NCBI GenBank assembly: GCA_045803545.1
Contig: JBJMOW010000004.1
Coordinates: forward strand, 1,120,001-1,184,000
Direction of reading: 5' to 3'
Length of the DNA: 64,000 bases
DNA from: Gemmatimonadaceae bacterium
GTDB taxonomy: Bacteria; Gemmatimonadota; Gemmatimonadetes; Gemmatimonadales; Gemmatimonadaceae
Of this stretch, positions 47,753 to 56,430 are shown piece after piece. How positions within the stretch are numbered: position 1 is the first letter of the stretch; every line of letters starts with the position of its first letter. The notes beneath the pieces were generated by a model, which did not search any database, was not told the origin of the DNA, and was given only the letters and a program-made list of their open reading frames with translations. The translations under genes and the position numbers were made by a program.

Positions 47753-47808
47753 CCACTCACAAATCTGAGCGTAAGCCGCGCTCCTTTGCGGTACGCACAA
47801 AAAATCCC

Positions 47809-47830
47809 ACCACGCACTGTGGTGGGATTT
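47809..47830 (-). terminator. Intrinsic terminator (tRNA-Pro; possibly bidirectional)
   Basis: AAAAAATCCCACCAC-GCACT-GTGGTGGGATTT. Confidence 0.8.
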
Positions 47831-47840
47831 CGATTTTGAG

Positions 47841-47914
47841 TCGGGGCGACTGGATTTGAACCAGCGACCTCCTGCTCCCGAAGCAGGCGCGCTACCGGGC
47901 TACGCTACGCCCCG
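47841..47914 (-). tRNA. tRNA-Pro(CGG)
   Basis: CGGGGCGTAGCGTAGCCCGGTAGCGC..CCTGC-TT-CGG-GA-GCAGG..GGTTCAAATCC; no encoded CCA. Confidence 0.96.
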
Positions 47915-48238
47915 AAAAACGACAAGTGACCCCTCAGATCGAGGGCGAACGACACACTATAACATGCCTGGCTGTTCGACGGGAGGCCGAGCTAGTGACC
48001 CCGTTTGCATGCTGCAATATGCATTGCATTTCGCGAAAAACGGCTCCGCACGCGCATATTTGTGACATATCTAACTTATTGCCACTGCAGAACTTAACGT
48101 GAATCAGGCGAATCGAAAATCGACCGTATTTTCGCGTTGCATTACCGCTCAGGGCCGCGTCTTTAGCGCAGAATGGACAGCTTGAAATTCCAACCCCTTT
48201 TGGCTGTCGATACACAGTTAACTCGGAGCTTTTTTTCA

Positions 48239-48778
48239 ATGAACGCGACCCGTTTAGTACTGGCCGCGATGGTGCTGGGAACTGCCATCGGCGCTAACCA
48301 GGCAAATGCGCAGTGCAGTGGCAACGCTGGCAGCTGTAACTCGACCAACACCGTTTCTGCTACGGTTAACGCCCTGGTCAAACTGGGGATGAGTGCTGCT
48401 ACCACGACCCTTTCTTCTCCCACGGCAGACCAGGTCGAAATCGGTGCAAACCTCCCCGACGCCGGCCCGACCTTCACCATCAAGGCGAACCGCAGCTGGA
48501 CACTGAACGTCAAGACCACCAACGCTTCAAACTGGACCTACGTCGGCACGAACAGCGGTACCAAGCCGATCAGCGATTTGACATGGTCCAACGCATTGGC
48601 TGGAACCTACGTCGGCATGAGCAACACCGACGCGCTCTTCCTGTCTGGAGCAGCCGCGACTAACGGCGCGCCGGCACAGGTATTCTTCAAGACGGTCTGG
48701 GCAGCGGGCTTTACACAGCCGAGTAACGCACCAGGTACCTACAGCATGCCGGTAGTCTTTACTCTTTCGGCGCCGTAA
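48239..48778 (+). CDS. Exported beta-rich protein, fimbrial/pilin-subunit-like
   Basis: Sec signal (ANA-Q); N-terminal Cys pair; Thr/Asn/Ala-rich; C-terminal 'PGTYSMPVVFTL' strand like CsuA/B or spore-coat-U subunits. Confidence 0.6.
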   Translation: MNATRLVLAAMVLGTAIGANQANAQCSGNAGSCNSTNTVSATVNALVKLGMSAATTTLSSPTADQVEIGANLPDAGPTFTIKANRSWTLNVKTTNASNWTYVGTNSGTKPISDLTWSNALAGTYVGMSNTDALFLSGAAATNGAPAQVFFKTVWAAGFTQPSNAPGTYSMPVVFTLSAP

Positions 48779-48823
48779 TTCGGGCGACGATTGTAAAAAC
48801 CAAACAGCGTCACTGAGGCATAT

Positions 48824-49192
48824 ATGATTCGCAGTAGGAAGGGCTTTACCCTAATCGAGCTTCTTATCGTCGTCGTGATTATTGGTATTCTGGCGGCGAT
48901 TGCAATTCCTAAATTTGCCAACACGAAGGACAAGGCTTACGTCGCGCAGATGAAGTCTGACCTGCGCAACCTCGCGACCTACGAAGAGCAATACGCTGCC
49001 GACAACGGTGGTTCTTACTTCGGTGGGACCGCGACGATGGCGGCACCACTACAGGGTTTCACGCCGTCGCAGAACGTAACGATCGTAGTGACGAACGTTG
49101 CCGGCCCGCCGCCTTCATGGAGCGCGACCGCTACGCACTCAGTCTCGGCGCACACCTGCGATATGACCGGCGGAGTAATCACCTGCACCTGA
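48824..49192 (+). CDS. Type IV pilin
   Basis: Short leader MIRSRKG|FTLIELLIVVVIIGILAAIAIP; C-terminal Cys pair. Confidence 0.92.
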   Translation: MIRSRKGFTLIELLIVVVIIGILAAIAIPKFANTKDKAYVAQMKSDLRNLATYEEQYAADNGGSYFGGTATMAAPLQGFTPSQNVTIVVTNVAGPPPSWSATATHSVSAHTCDMTGGVITCT

Positions 49193-49214
49193 TTTTCGTA
49201 AGGATTTACTAAAG

Positions 49215-49247
49215 CGGGGATGGCCTAAGCCGTCCCCGTTTTTTTTT
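49215..49247 (+). terminator. Intrinsic terminator
   Basis: CGGGGATGGC-CTAA-GCCGTCCCCG followed by T9. Confidence 0.9.
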
Positions 49248-49285
49248 GTTTCCGATTTGTCGCTGTGTCCCGCTATGCTTAGCAA

Positions 49286-51487
49286 ATGCGCAAGATCGGG
49301 CTGAGCGTACTCGTCTTTGCATTTCTGGCCGCCGCGACCAGCAGGATGTTCGCGCAGGCGCCACTCGCAGTGCCCGCTCAGGATTCGGTCGCGTTGGCCG
49401 CGCTCATCAACGATGCGGCGCGGGTCAATGCGCAGATCCCCGGTCGATTGCGCGCATACCGCGCCCGCATTGAAACGGAGATGTCGATTGTCGTCCTGGA
49501 CTCCGGCGGCCGCGAGCGCAGCACGCAAATTGAGCAGATAGTGAGCGATGTACGGTGGCGCGCGCCCGACCGTTACGACCAGCGCGTCGTCGGTTATCGC
49601 AGCCAGTCGATTGGACCGACCTTCTCGCTGATGAGTTTCTTCGGCGGCTGGACAGTTCCGACTCTCTACGGCAACCGCCTGCAGCTCGGTGTCACTTCGT
49701 CGAGCGATCCGAACACAGTGGTGAACGCATCCCGGCAGAGTCTGGCGGTTCATCCGCTCGCCTTCAATCGCGATCAATACTACGTGTTCGCAGGCGGAGA
49801 TACTGCGGTGACTCTGTATTCGAGCGCGCGACGAATTCCAATCGCCCACATCCGCGTAACACCGCGCGCGCATCCGCCCGGCGACGCGATTCTCTTCATG
49901 GGCGACATGTACCTCGACGCCGACTGGAAGCAGATCGTCCGCATGCGCGGACGTCTGGTTGAAGTACGCAACGGCAAAGTCACTATCAACGCCGGCAGCC
50001 GGATTCCCGGCGTCAGCGGTGCGTCGTTCGTCGAGCTGGTGAATCAGGAAGTCAACGGCGAATACTGGCTGCCCGCGTTTCAGCGAACGGAGATTCAGGC
50101 GCGCATCGCACTTTTCGGTGACTTCCGCACGCTGCTGCGAATTGTTTCCCGATTCGATGACTACCGCGCCAACGATTCCTCCTGGACCGGTCCCGAGGCG
50201 CCGGCTGGAGTGCGGCACAATCTGACTTTCGCATCCAACTCTGCTCAACAGAGGTTCCGCGACTGGAGGAGGCCGATCGGAGCCGCCAGCGGCGACGTCT
50301 ACTACGGCGAGCTCAACGATCTAGCGCCCGCAGAGTGGCGCACCACAGCGGACGGGGGCCGCACTCGCTTCTGGCCGCGCACACTCGGCGAGGTTTTTCG
50401 TTTCAACCGCGTCGAGGGATTGTTCACCGGCGTTGCCGTCGAACACGAATCTGGCGATTCGACGCAAATCACGACGCACGGCTCTCTGGGCTGGGCGTGG
50501 TCAGAGCAGGCCGCGCGCGGCCAGTTCGGGATTGAACGGCGCTCTGGTACCACGATAACCGGTCTGCGGCTCGAACGTACCCTCGCCAACACCAACGATT
50601 TTCAGGTGCCGTTCTCGTGGGGCGCGACGATTTCGGCGCTATTCGGTAGCACCGACAATTTCGACTATCTGGATCGCTGGGCGGCAAGCACCTCCATTCG
50701 CAAATCGCTTGGGCTCAGGCAGCGCTCACTCGTCTCGCTTCAGATTGGGCCCGGTCGCGATCGGGCGGTGCATCAGAATATCTCGCGCGGATTGTACGTC
50801 GCGCGCGGCGAAGGCTTCCGACCCAATCGCGGCATTCGCGAGGGCAATTATTTCCGCAGTGTCGCGTCGCTCGACGTGAATCCCGAAGTGAGCGGGATGT
50901 TCGTTGACCGCGGGATTGGGGGACGACTGTACTACGAGCGCGCGGACGGGACGGTTTACTGGCAGCGGCTCGAGCTGCGACTGGCTACACGTCGCGAGGT
51001 TGGCCCTTTTCAGCTCTATGCACGGGGTGACGCGGGCACACTGCTCGGCAAACCCGCTCCGCAGGTGATGTTCGAGCTCGGTGGAGACGAGGGACTGACG
51101 GCATACAGTTACAAGGAATTCGCGGGAGACAATGCAGCGCTGGGCCGGGCGGTGCTGGGTTATACCTTCCCGTTCCTGCGCGCGCCGATCCAGCTTCCGA
51201 GTCGTTTGATCGTTCCAGGATTCGCGCCCGGCGTTGCCGCAGGGATTCACGCCGGTTGGACAGAAATCTCCGGTCCCGCTGCTCAGCGCGCCCTGCTCGA
51301 GCTGGGCGCAACGATTGATCCAGTGACTTTCTTACCGGTGCCTATTTCGCGGCCGACGGATGGCGTCCGAGCGTCGGCTGAGTTTCTGTTCACTTTGTTC
51401 AATGGCGCCGCTGCGGCTGGCGTGACTCGCGTCATCGATACGCACGGTCCCTGGAAGTTCACTGCGCGGATCGGTCAGGGCTTCTGA
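49286..51487 (+). CDS. Outer-membrane protein with C-terminal beta-barrel (DUF5686/Omp85-like)
   Basis: Signal peptide; FRFNRVEGL motif (also present as YNRVEGL in 6666-8030); amphipathic strands; terminal Phe. Confidence 0.6.
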   Translation: MRKIGLSVLVFAFLAAATSRMFAQAPLAVPAQDSVALAALINDAARVNAQIPGRLRAYRARIETEMSIVVLDSGGRERSTQIEQIVSDVRWRAPDRYDQRVVGYRSQSIGPTFSLMSFFGGWTVPTLYGNRLQLGVTSSSDPNTVVNASRQSLAVHPLAFNRDQYYVFAGGDTAVTLYSSARRIPIAHIRVTPRAHPPGDAILFMGDMYLDADWKQIVRMRGRLVEVRNGKVTINAGSRIPGVSGASFVELVNQEVNGEYWLPAFQRTEIQARIALFGDFRTLLRIVSRFDDYRANDSSWTGPEAPAGVRHNLTFASNSAQQRFRDWRRPIGAASGDVYYGELNDLAPAEWRTTADGGRTRFWPRTLGEVFRFNRVEGLFTGVAVEHESGDSTQITTHGSLGWAWSEQAARGQFGIERRSGTTITGLRLERTLANTNDFQVPFSWGATISALFGSTDNFDYLDRWAASTSIRKSLGLRQRSLVSLQIGPGRDRAVHQNISRGLYVARGEGFRPNRGIREGNYFRSVASLDVNPEVSGMFVDRGIGGRLYYERADGTVYWQRLELRLATRREVGPFQLYARGDAGTLLGKPAPQVMFELGGDEGLTAYSYKEFAGDNAALGRAVLGYTFPFLRAPIQLPSRLIVPGFAPGVAAGIHAGWTEISGPAAQRALLELGATIDPVTFLPVPISRPTDGVRASAEFLFTLFNGAAAAGVTRVIDTHGPWKFTARIGQGF

Positions 51488-51564
51488 TACCTGGGTGTAA
51501 GCTTCCTGAAAGGTGGCACCCATTTTGTACGCGATTCGGCGTACGCCATCCAAATGAGGACTCT

Positions 51565-52242
51565 ATGACTTTGAAACAATCGGGGCGCGCAGTCAGCGCG
51601 TTTGTCGTTGCGGGTGCAGTAGTAATGAGTGGTTGCGCGGGAATGAGCCAGAAACAGCGCGGTGCTGTCATTGGCGCTACCGCTGGTGCAGCAGTCGGCG
51701 GAGTTGTCGGCAACCAAACAGGTTCGACGGTTCGCGGTGCAATCATCGGCGCAATTGTCGGCGGTGCGGCCGGTGCGGTGATTGGACACCAGATGGACCA
51801 GCAGGCAAAGGAACTCGAGCAGACGATTCCGGGAGCGACAATTACCCGTGTCGGTGAAGGAATCGCGGTGACGTTCCCGTCGGGCATTCTCTATCCATTC
51901 AACTCGACCGAGATCCTGCCAGCGGGGAAGGACAATCTCAAACAGCTCGCTTCGAGTCTCGACAAGTATCCAAACTCCGATATCCTGATCGTCGGCCACA
52001 CCGACAGTGTCGGAACTGATGCCTACAATCTCGACCTGTCACAGCGTCGGGCCTTGGCCGCCAGTGCGTATCTGCAATCTCTCGGTGTTCCTGCGAGTCG
52101 ACTGCAGACGGCCGGCAAAGGAAAAACTGAGCCGGTCGCCTCAAACGACACCGACGACGGCCGTCAGCGCAATCGCCGGGTAGAGATCGCGATCTACGCG
52201 AGTGAGGCCTATCGCAACCAGGTGAAAAGTCAGAGCCAGTGA
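51565..52242 (+). CDS. OmpA-family lipoprotein with glycine zipper (YiaD-like)
   Basis: Lipobox MSGC; GAxxG repeats; GHTDS, NLDLSQRRA and NRRVEI motifs. Confidence 0.93.
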   Translation: MTLKQSGRAVSAFVVAGAVVMSGCAGMSQKQRGAVIGATAGAAVGGVVGNQTGSTVRGAIIGAIVGGAAGAVIGHQMDQQAKELEQTIPGATITRVGEGIAVTFPSGILYPFNSTEILPAGKDNLKQLASSLDKYPNSDILIVGHTDSVGTDAYNLDLSQRRALAASAYLQSLGVPASRLQTAGKGKTEPVASNDTDDGRQRNRRVEIAIYASEAYRNQVKSQSQ

Positions 52243-52256
52243 CGACTCTGACCCAT

Positions 52257-53045
52257 TCATTCACCTCCGCGACGTGTCCATAGCGCGAGTGTGGTACAAT
52301 TCTCCTGACTGCTGCTCGCCACAAATGGTGGTGGCGGCAGCTGGCCAGGTGGATACACTTCGGCGCCGATGACTTCGCTTACCCGTATGAATGTCTCGAG
52401 GCTGCTGAGTGTCTTCCCGCGACGTGGTAGGCCATCGACGTAAGTCATGACACAGTTGAGCGGCGCCGTTGTGAAAGCGCTGCGACTGGAGAATGGGTTT
52501 TCCAACAGAACCGGTACGTGCCGGAAGATGTCGGAGAACTTGTGAGGGTGAATGGCTGCGATGTGTGCGGCGTCGAGGAAGTAGGCGCCGCGGCCAACAT
52601 CTTCACGGGTGTTAAACCCGACGTTCTGCAAACGCGCCGAGTCCCGAGCCAACTGAGCTTCGGCGAAGACCACTTCGTCCGGTGTCAGCATCGCCACATC
52701 GATTGTGCTCGAGCCGGTGCCTCTCCGATTGACCGAGAAACGCGACACGGTCCGCATCGTAGCGTAACCCGCGTGCCGAGCGACCATCGTTCCTTGGCCA
52801 GGGGTCACGTCGTTCAGCTGATAATTTCCGTTGGCATTGGTCGTTGTAACTCCCTTGTTGCCCTCAATGAAGACCTCTGCATTTGCGATTGGGTTTCCAT
52901 CGCTGCTGGTCACTCGACCGGCCACAGTCACGGAACCCAGAGTGGATGGCATTAGTGACGCACTCTCGGTTAAGTAGGAGTTCTGTGCACATGCCACGAG
53001 CGCCAACGACACTGCGCTCGACTGAATCGCTCTGAATTTGAGCAT
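52257..53045 (-). CDS. Lipoprotein with carboxypeptidase-regulatory-like domain and TonB plug-like C-terminus
   Basis: Lipobox LVAC; GRVTSSDGNPIANAEV..TNANGNY..GY; YVDG..GAEVY. Confidence 0.75.
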   Translation of the reverse strand: MLKFRAIQSSAVSLALVACAQNSYLTESASLMPSTLGSVTVAGRVTSSDGNPIANAEVFIEGNKGVTTTNANGNYQLNDVTPGQGTMVARHAGYATMRTVSRFSVNRRGTGSSTIDVAMLTPDEVVFAEAQLARDSARLQNVGFNTREDVGRGAYFLDAAHIAAIHPHKFSDIFRHVPVLLENPFSSRSAFTTAPLNCVMTYVDGLPRRGKTLSSLETFIRVSEVIGAEVYPPGQLPPPPFVASSSQENCTTLALWTRRGGE

Positions 53046-53125
53046 GCTACCTGCCTTTGGTGTTCGAGGCAGGTAAGGCATATGCCAAGCCGCCGCTCCG
53101 TAAGGACGCCGACAGGCCGTTTTTC

Positions 53126-53141
53126 TGGCGCGAGTCGTGCT
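53126..53141 (+). promoter_or_regulatory. Possible sigma54-type promoter
   Basis: TGGCGC-GAGTC-GTGCT, 43 nt before ATG 53184. Confidence 0.5.
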
Positions 53142-53183
53142 TACAAACCCGGCAGTTTCTCATTCACTCATCGAGAGGTGACG

Positions 53184-53693
53184 ATGAACAAATCACGCTC
53201 GCGACTGATGGCTGGATTGGCAGCGCTAACGCTCGCGGGGTTCGCCGCGACCAGCTACGGTCAGAACACGAACACTCCGGCAACTACGGGCGGCAGCGTT
53301 TCAACGCCTGCGGATCAGTCAGCGCCTGCAGCACAGCCGGCCACTCCGACCGGATCGGCAAACACGCAGGCAGCACCAGCCGGTACTGGCACAGATGCCA
53401 CCATCGGTACGTCTTCGCAGACGACCACGACTGCGTCCGATGTGACAACGACGCAGCCGGCAACCACCACGTTCTGGCTTACTGGCTGGGGCCTCGCGGC
53501 GATCGCAGTCGTAGCGATTCTCCTGCTGTGGGCGATCTTTGGACGCAGGAACAGAACGGTTGTCAGCGACAACTATTCGACCAGCACTCGGAACTACGGC
53601 ACAGCGCCGACGACCGACCGGGTCGCCAGTCCGCAGGCTGCGTCTGGGACAGAAAGAACTACCAGAGTCACCGAGACCGATACGCGTCTCTAG
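53184..53693 (+). CDS. Thr/Ala-rich exported, single-TM-anchored hypothetical protein
   Basis: GAGGTG RBS; signal peptide; low-complexity T/A/P stalk; TM helix followed by RRNR; Thr-rich cytoplasmic tail. Confidence 0.75.
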   Translation: MNKSRSRLMAGLAALTLAGFAATSYGQNTNTPATTGGSVSTPADQSAPAAQPATPTGSANTQAAPAGTGTDATIGTSSQTTTTASDVTTTQPATTTFWLTGWGLAAIAVVAILLLWAIFGRRNRTVVSDNYSTSTRNYGTAPTTDRVASPQAASGTERTTRVTETDTRL

Positions 53694-53716
53694 TCGCTGA
53701 ATCTCGGTGGGTTAAC

Positions 53717-53753
53717 AAAAAAGTCCTGAATCGGCAACGATTCAGGACTTTTT
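53717..53753. terminator. Bidirectional intrinsic terminator
   Basis: AAAAAAGTCCTGAATCG-GCAA-CGATTCAGGACTTTTT. Confidence 0.9.
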
Positions 53754-53757
53754 CGCA

Positions 53758-53831
53758 CGCGCCCGGAGAGACTCGAACTCCCAACCTTTTGATCCGTAGT
53801 CAAATGCTCTATCCAATTGAGCTACGGGCGC
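53758..53831 (-). tRNA. tRNA-Arg(ACG)
   Basis: GCGCCCGTAGCTCAATTGGATAGAGC..TTTGA-CT-ACG-GA-TCAAA. Confidence 0.97.
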
Positions 53832-53913
53832 AGGTTACTGCTGCGAACTACGAACTGCGGACGTTTCGAGATGCGAACTGAAGTGGGTATTTCCACTTCA
53901 AACATCTCAAGGA

Positions 53914-53987
53914 TGGGCGGTACAAGACTCGAACTTGTGACCTCCACGATGTCAACGTGGCGCTCTAACCAACTGAGCTAACCGCCC
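53914..53987 (-). tRNA. tRNA-Val(GAC)
   Basis: GGGCGGTTAGCTCAGTTGGTTAGAGC..CCACG-TT-GAC-AT-CGTGG. Confidence 0.97.
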
Positions 53988-53999
53988 GCATCTACCGAG

Positions 54000-54072
54000 A
54001 GCGGGAAACGGGACTCGAACCCGCGACCCCAACCTTGGCAAGGTTGTGCTCTACCAACTGAGCTATTCCCGC
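54000..54072 (-). tRNA. tRNA-Gly(GCC)
   Basis: GCGGGAATAGCTCAGTTGGTAGAGC..AACCTT-GCC-AAGGTT. Confidence 0.97.
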
Positions 54073-54147
54073 GAAAACAAAAGTTCTTGGAGCTACGGTG
54101 ACTCGAAGTGGCGTTTCCTGTGACGCGCGCCGTCTTCGCTGCCGTCA

Positions 54148-54220
<73 letters not shown>

Positions 54221-54263
54221 GGCATTTCCTGAGGGCTCACATGCGGCCCGACAGGAACCGCGA

Positions 54264-54292
54264 AGGATATCCAAGGGTAGTATCGAAGTCAA
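54264..54292 (-). promoter_or_regulatory. Sigma70 promoter of the tRNA operon
   Basis: TTGACT-N17-TATCCT on the minus strand. Confidence 0.7.
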
Positions 54293-54488
54293 GAAATTCG
54301 CTATGGCAAAAACGTCAACGGCCAGTATCTTGCAGCGCTTTTACAACCTGAAATTTTCGATCAGTCAGAGACGCATTTTGGTAACGCGTTTCCGGGTTGT
54401 CGAAGCAACTTCACTCGCTCGCATTGCTGGCCCGTGTGGGACTGCATTCGAAAGGCTTTTAACAAGTACGACCTGAGGTGTGACATAA

Positions 54489-55373
54489 ATGGCTGAAGTA
54501 AAGCGTCGCCGCAAAACGGCCGTCGCCGGAATAGCTCCGAATGAACCCGAGAGAGACATTCTCGATCAATACCTGTACGAGGTGAGCACGTATCCGCTGC
54601 TCAAAGGTACAGAGGAGATCGAGGTTGCCCGTCGGATTCGTGCCGGCGATCCCGACGCACTCCAGGAGCTCGTCCAGCGCAATCTGCGTTTCGTCATCTC
54701 GGTGGCGAAGAAGTATCAAAACCGCGGCATGCCGCTCATCGATCTGATCGGTGAAGGCAACGTCGGTTTGCTCACTGCTGCTCGTAAGTTCGATCCGGAT
54801 CAGGGCGTGAAGTTCATCTCGTACGCTGTGTGGTGGATTCGTCAGGCGATTCTCTCGTCGCTGGCGCGCCAGGGCCGCACCGTGCGTGTTCCGCTGAATC
54901 GCACCGCCGATCTCTCGCGCATTATCAAGGCGTCAGAGATTCTGCGTCAGAAGATGCGGAGAGAGCCAACTCCGGAAGAGTTGTCGCACCTCACCGGTCT
55001 TTCGGTTGATGTCGTGCAGTCGCTCGCCGCGCTCAACACCGGCGACGTCCGTCTAGACGCGCCGATGGATCCGGAAGGCGATCGCTCATTGATCGAGCGT
55101 TTCGTCGCCGACGAGATGCCCGACACCGAGGAAGAGGCGATGAACCGCTTCCTCAATGACGAAATCGAGACGGCGCTCTCCACGCTGCCTCCACGTGACG
55201 CGAAAGTTCTCCGACTGTATTTCGGTCTCGAGGGTGGACGCGAGCACACGCTCGAGGAAATTGGTTCGCTGCTCGGCGTCACGCGTGAGCGTGTTCGTCA
55301 GCTTCGCGATCGCGCGTTGAAGAGACTGCGCGAAGGAGACGTTGGTCGCGCGCTAGGTTCGTTCGCGGCGTAA
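54489..55373 (+). CDS. RNA polymerase sigma70-family factor (RpoD/RpoS-like, no region 1.1)
   Basis: NLRFVISVAKKY, DLIGEGNVGL, KFISYAVWWIRQAI and TLEEIG..VTRERVRQ motifs. Confidence 0.95.
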   Translation: MAEVKRRRKTAVAGIAPNEPERDILDQYLYEVSTYPLLKGTEEIEVARRIRAGDPDALQELVQRNLRFVISVAKKYQNRGMPLIDLIGEGNVGLLTAARKFDPDQGVKFISYAVWWIRQAILSSLARQGRTVRVPLNRTADLSRIIKASEILRQKMRREPTPEELSHLTGLSVDVVQSLAALNTGDVRLDAPMDPEGDRSLIERFVADEMPDTEEEAMNRFLNDEIETALSTLPPRDAKVLRLYFGLEGGREHTLEEIGSLLGVTRERVRQLRDRALKRLREGDVGRALGSFAA

Positions 55374-55393
55374 CAACTCCGAAGAGGCAAAGG

Positions 55394-55423
55394 AAAGGGC
55401 CGAGCGTTCGCTCGGCCCTTTTT
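55394..55423 (+). terminator. Intrinsic terminator
   Basis: AAAGGGCCGAGCG-TT-CGCTCGGCCCTTTTT. Confidence 0.88.
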
Positions 55424-55431
55424 GTTTGATA

Positions 55432-55608
55432 ACTACCTCGCTAAGCGCTGATCGCTCCACGCTGTTAGCTGACCGCTGCTTGCAACGGGACAGGTCTCCG
55501 TTGCGAAAAGGGGCCACAGCACGCGTTTCCTCCACTCCGCCACGATCTGTCCCGTCGCCGGCAGCGCCAAGCGGTCAGCGTGGAGCGATCAGCGCTCAGC
55601 GAGGTAGT
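55432..55608. repeat. 177-bp palindromic element (REP/MITE-like)
   Basis: 33-bp terminal inverted repeats with one mismatch (ACTACCTCGCTAAGCGCTGATCGCTCCACGCTG); internal ACGGGACAG/CTGTCCCGT pairing. Confidence 0.8.
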
Positions 55609-55675
55609 GCGCTTTTCAAGTCCGCAGTCGGATCGCGGCCCTTCCCCTCACAAACAGTCTCCCCATATTTGTGAC

Positions 55676-56428
55676 GTGATCAAGCTCATCGATGTTCACA
55701 AGGCATTCGGGCCGAAAGTCGTCCTCGATGGCTTCTCGTTGGAGGTCGACGAGGGCGAGACGATGGTCCTAATCGGGTATTCCGGAACCGGAAAATCCGT
55801 CGCCATCAAGCACATCGTTGGGCTCCTCGAGCCAGATAGCGGGACTGTCTGGGTCGACAATAAGGAAGTTCCCACACTCAAACGCGATGAGCTCTACGAG
55901 CTCCGCTCCAAGATCGGCTACGTCTTCCAGTTTGCCGCGCTCTTCGACTCGCTCAACATCGGCGACAACGTCGCGATGGGCTTGCGCAAAGAGGGGAGGC
56001 TTTCCGAGCGCGACATCATGACCCGCGTCGGCGAGGCGCTCGAGCTGGTCGATTTGCCCGGCGTCGAGTCGAAATACCCGGCCGAACTGTCCGGCGGCAT
56101 GCGCAAACGGGTCGGCATCGCGCGCGCAATTGCCCGGCAGCCCAAGTACATCATGTACGATGAGCCGACGACCGGACTCGATCCGGTCACCAGCGCCATC
56201 ATCGATCAGTTGATGATTCGCATGCGAGAGCGTCTCGGCGTCACCAGCATCGTCGTCACCCACGACATGCGAAGCGCTTACACCATCGGCTCACGTATCG
56301 CGATGCTCTTTGAAGGGAAGTGTCGCCAGGTCGGTACGGTGGAAGAGATTCAGCACACCACCGATCCAGTCGTCCGGCAGTTCATAGAAGGGAAGCCCGA
56401 CCTCGACACTGTCGACGCGGGCGTCTGA
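55676..56428 (+). CDS. ABC transporter ATP-binding protein (MlaF/Mkl type)
   Basis: GYSGTGKS, FQFAALFDS, LSGGMRKRV, YDEPTTGLDP and DPVVRQF motifs; GTG start at 55676. Confidence 0.92.
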   Translation: MIKLIDVHKAFGPKVVLDGFSLEVDEGETMVLIGYSGTGKSVAIKHIVGLLEPDSGTVWVDNKEVPTLKRDELYELRSKIGYVFQFAALFDSLNIGDNVAMGLRKEGRLSERDIMTRVGEALELVDLPGVESKYPAELSGGMRKRVGIARAIARQPKYIMYDEPTTGLDPVTSAIIDQLMIRMRERLGVTSIVVTHDMRSAYTIGSRIAMLFEGKCRQVGTVEEIQHTTDPVVRQFIEGKPDLDTVDAGV

Positions 56429-56430
56429 TC

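Noticed and set aside
33426..47914. Genomic island or prophage integrated at tRNA-Arg or tRNA-Pro
   Set aside because: No integrase, no duplicated tRNA 3' end found, and the flanks include housekeeping genes.
48013..48079. Palindrome TGCAAT-ATGC-ATTGCA and partial CRP-like site TGTGA-N6-TAACT upstream of the pilin unit
   Set aside because: Short or partial matches with no second instance in the window; cannot be assigned.
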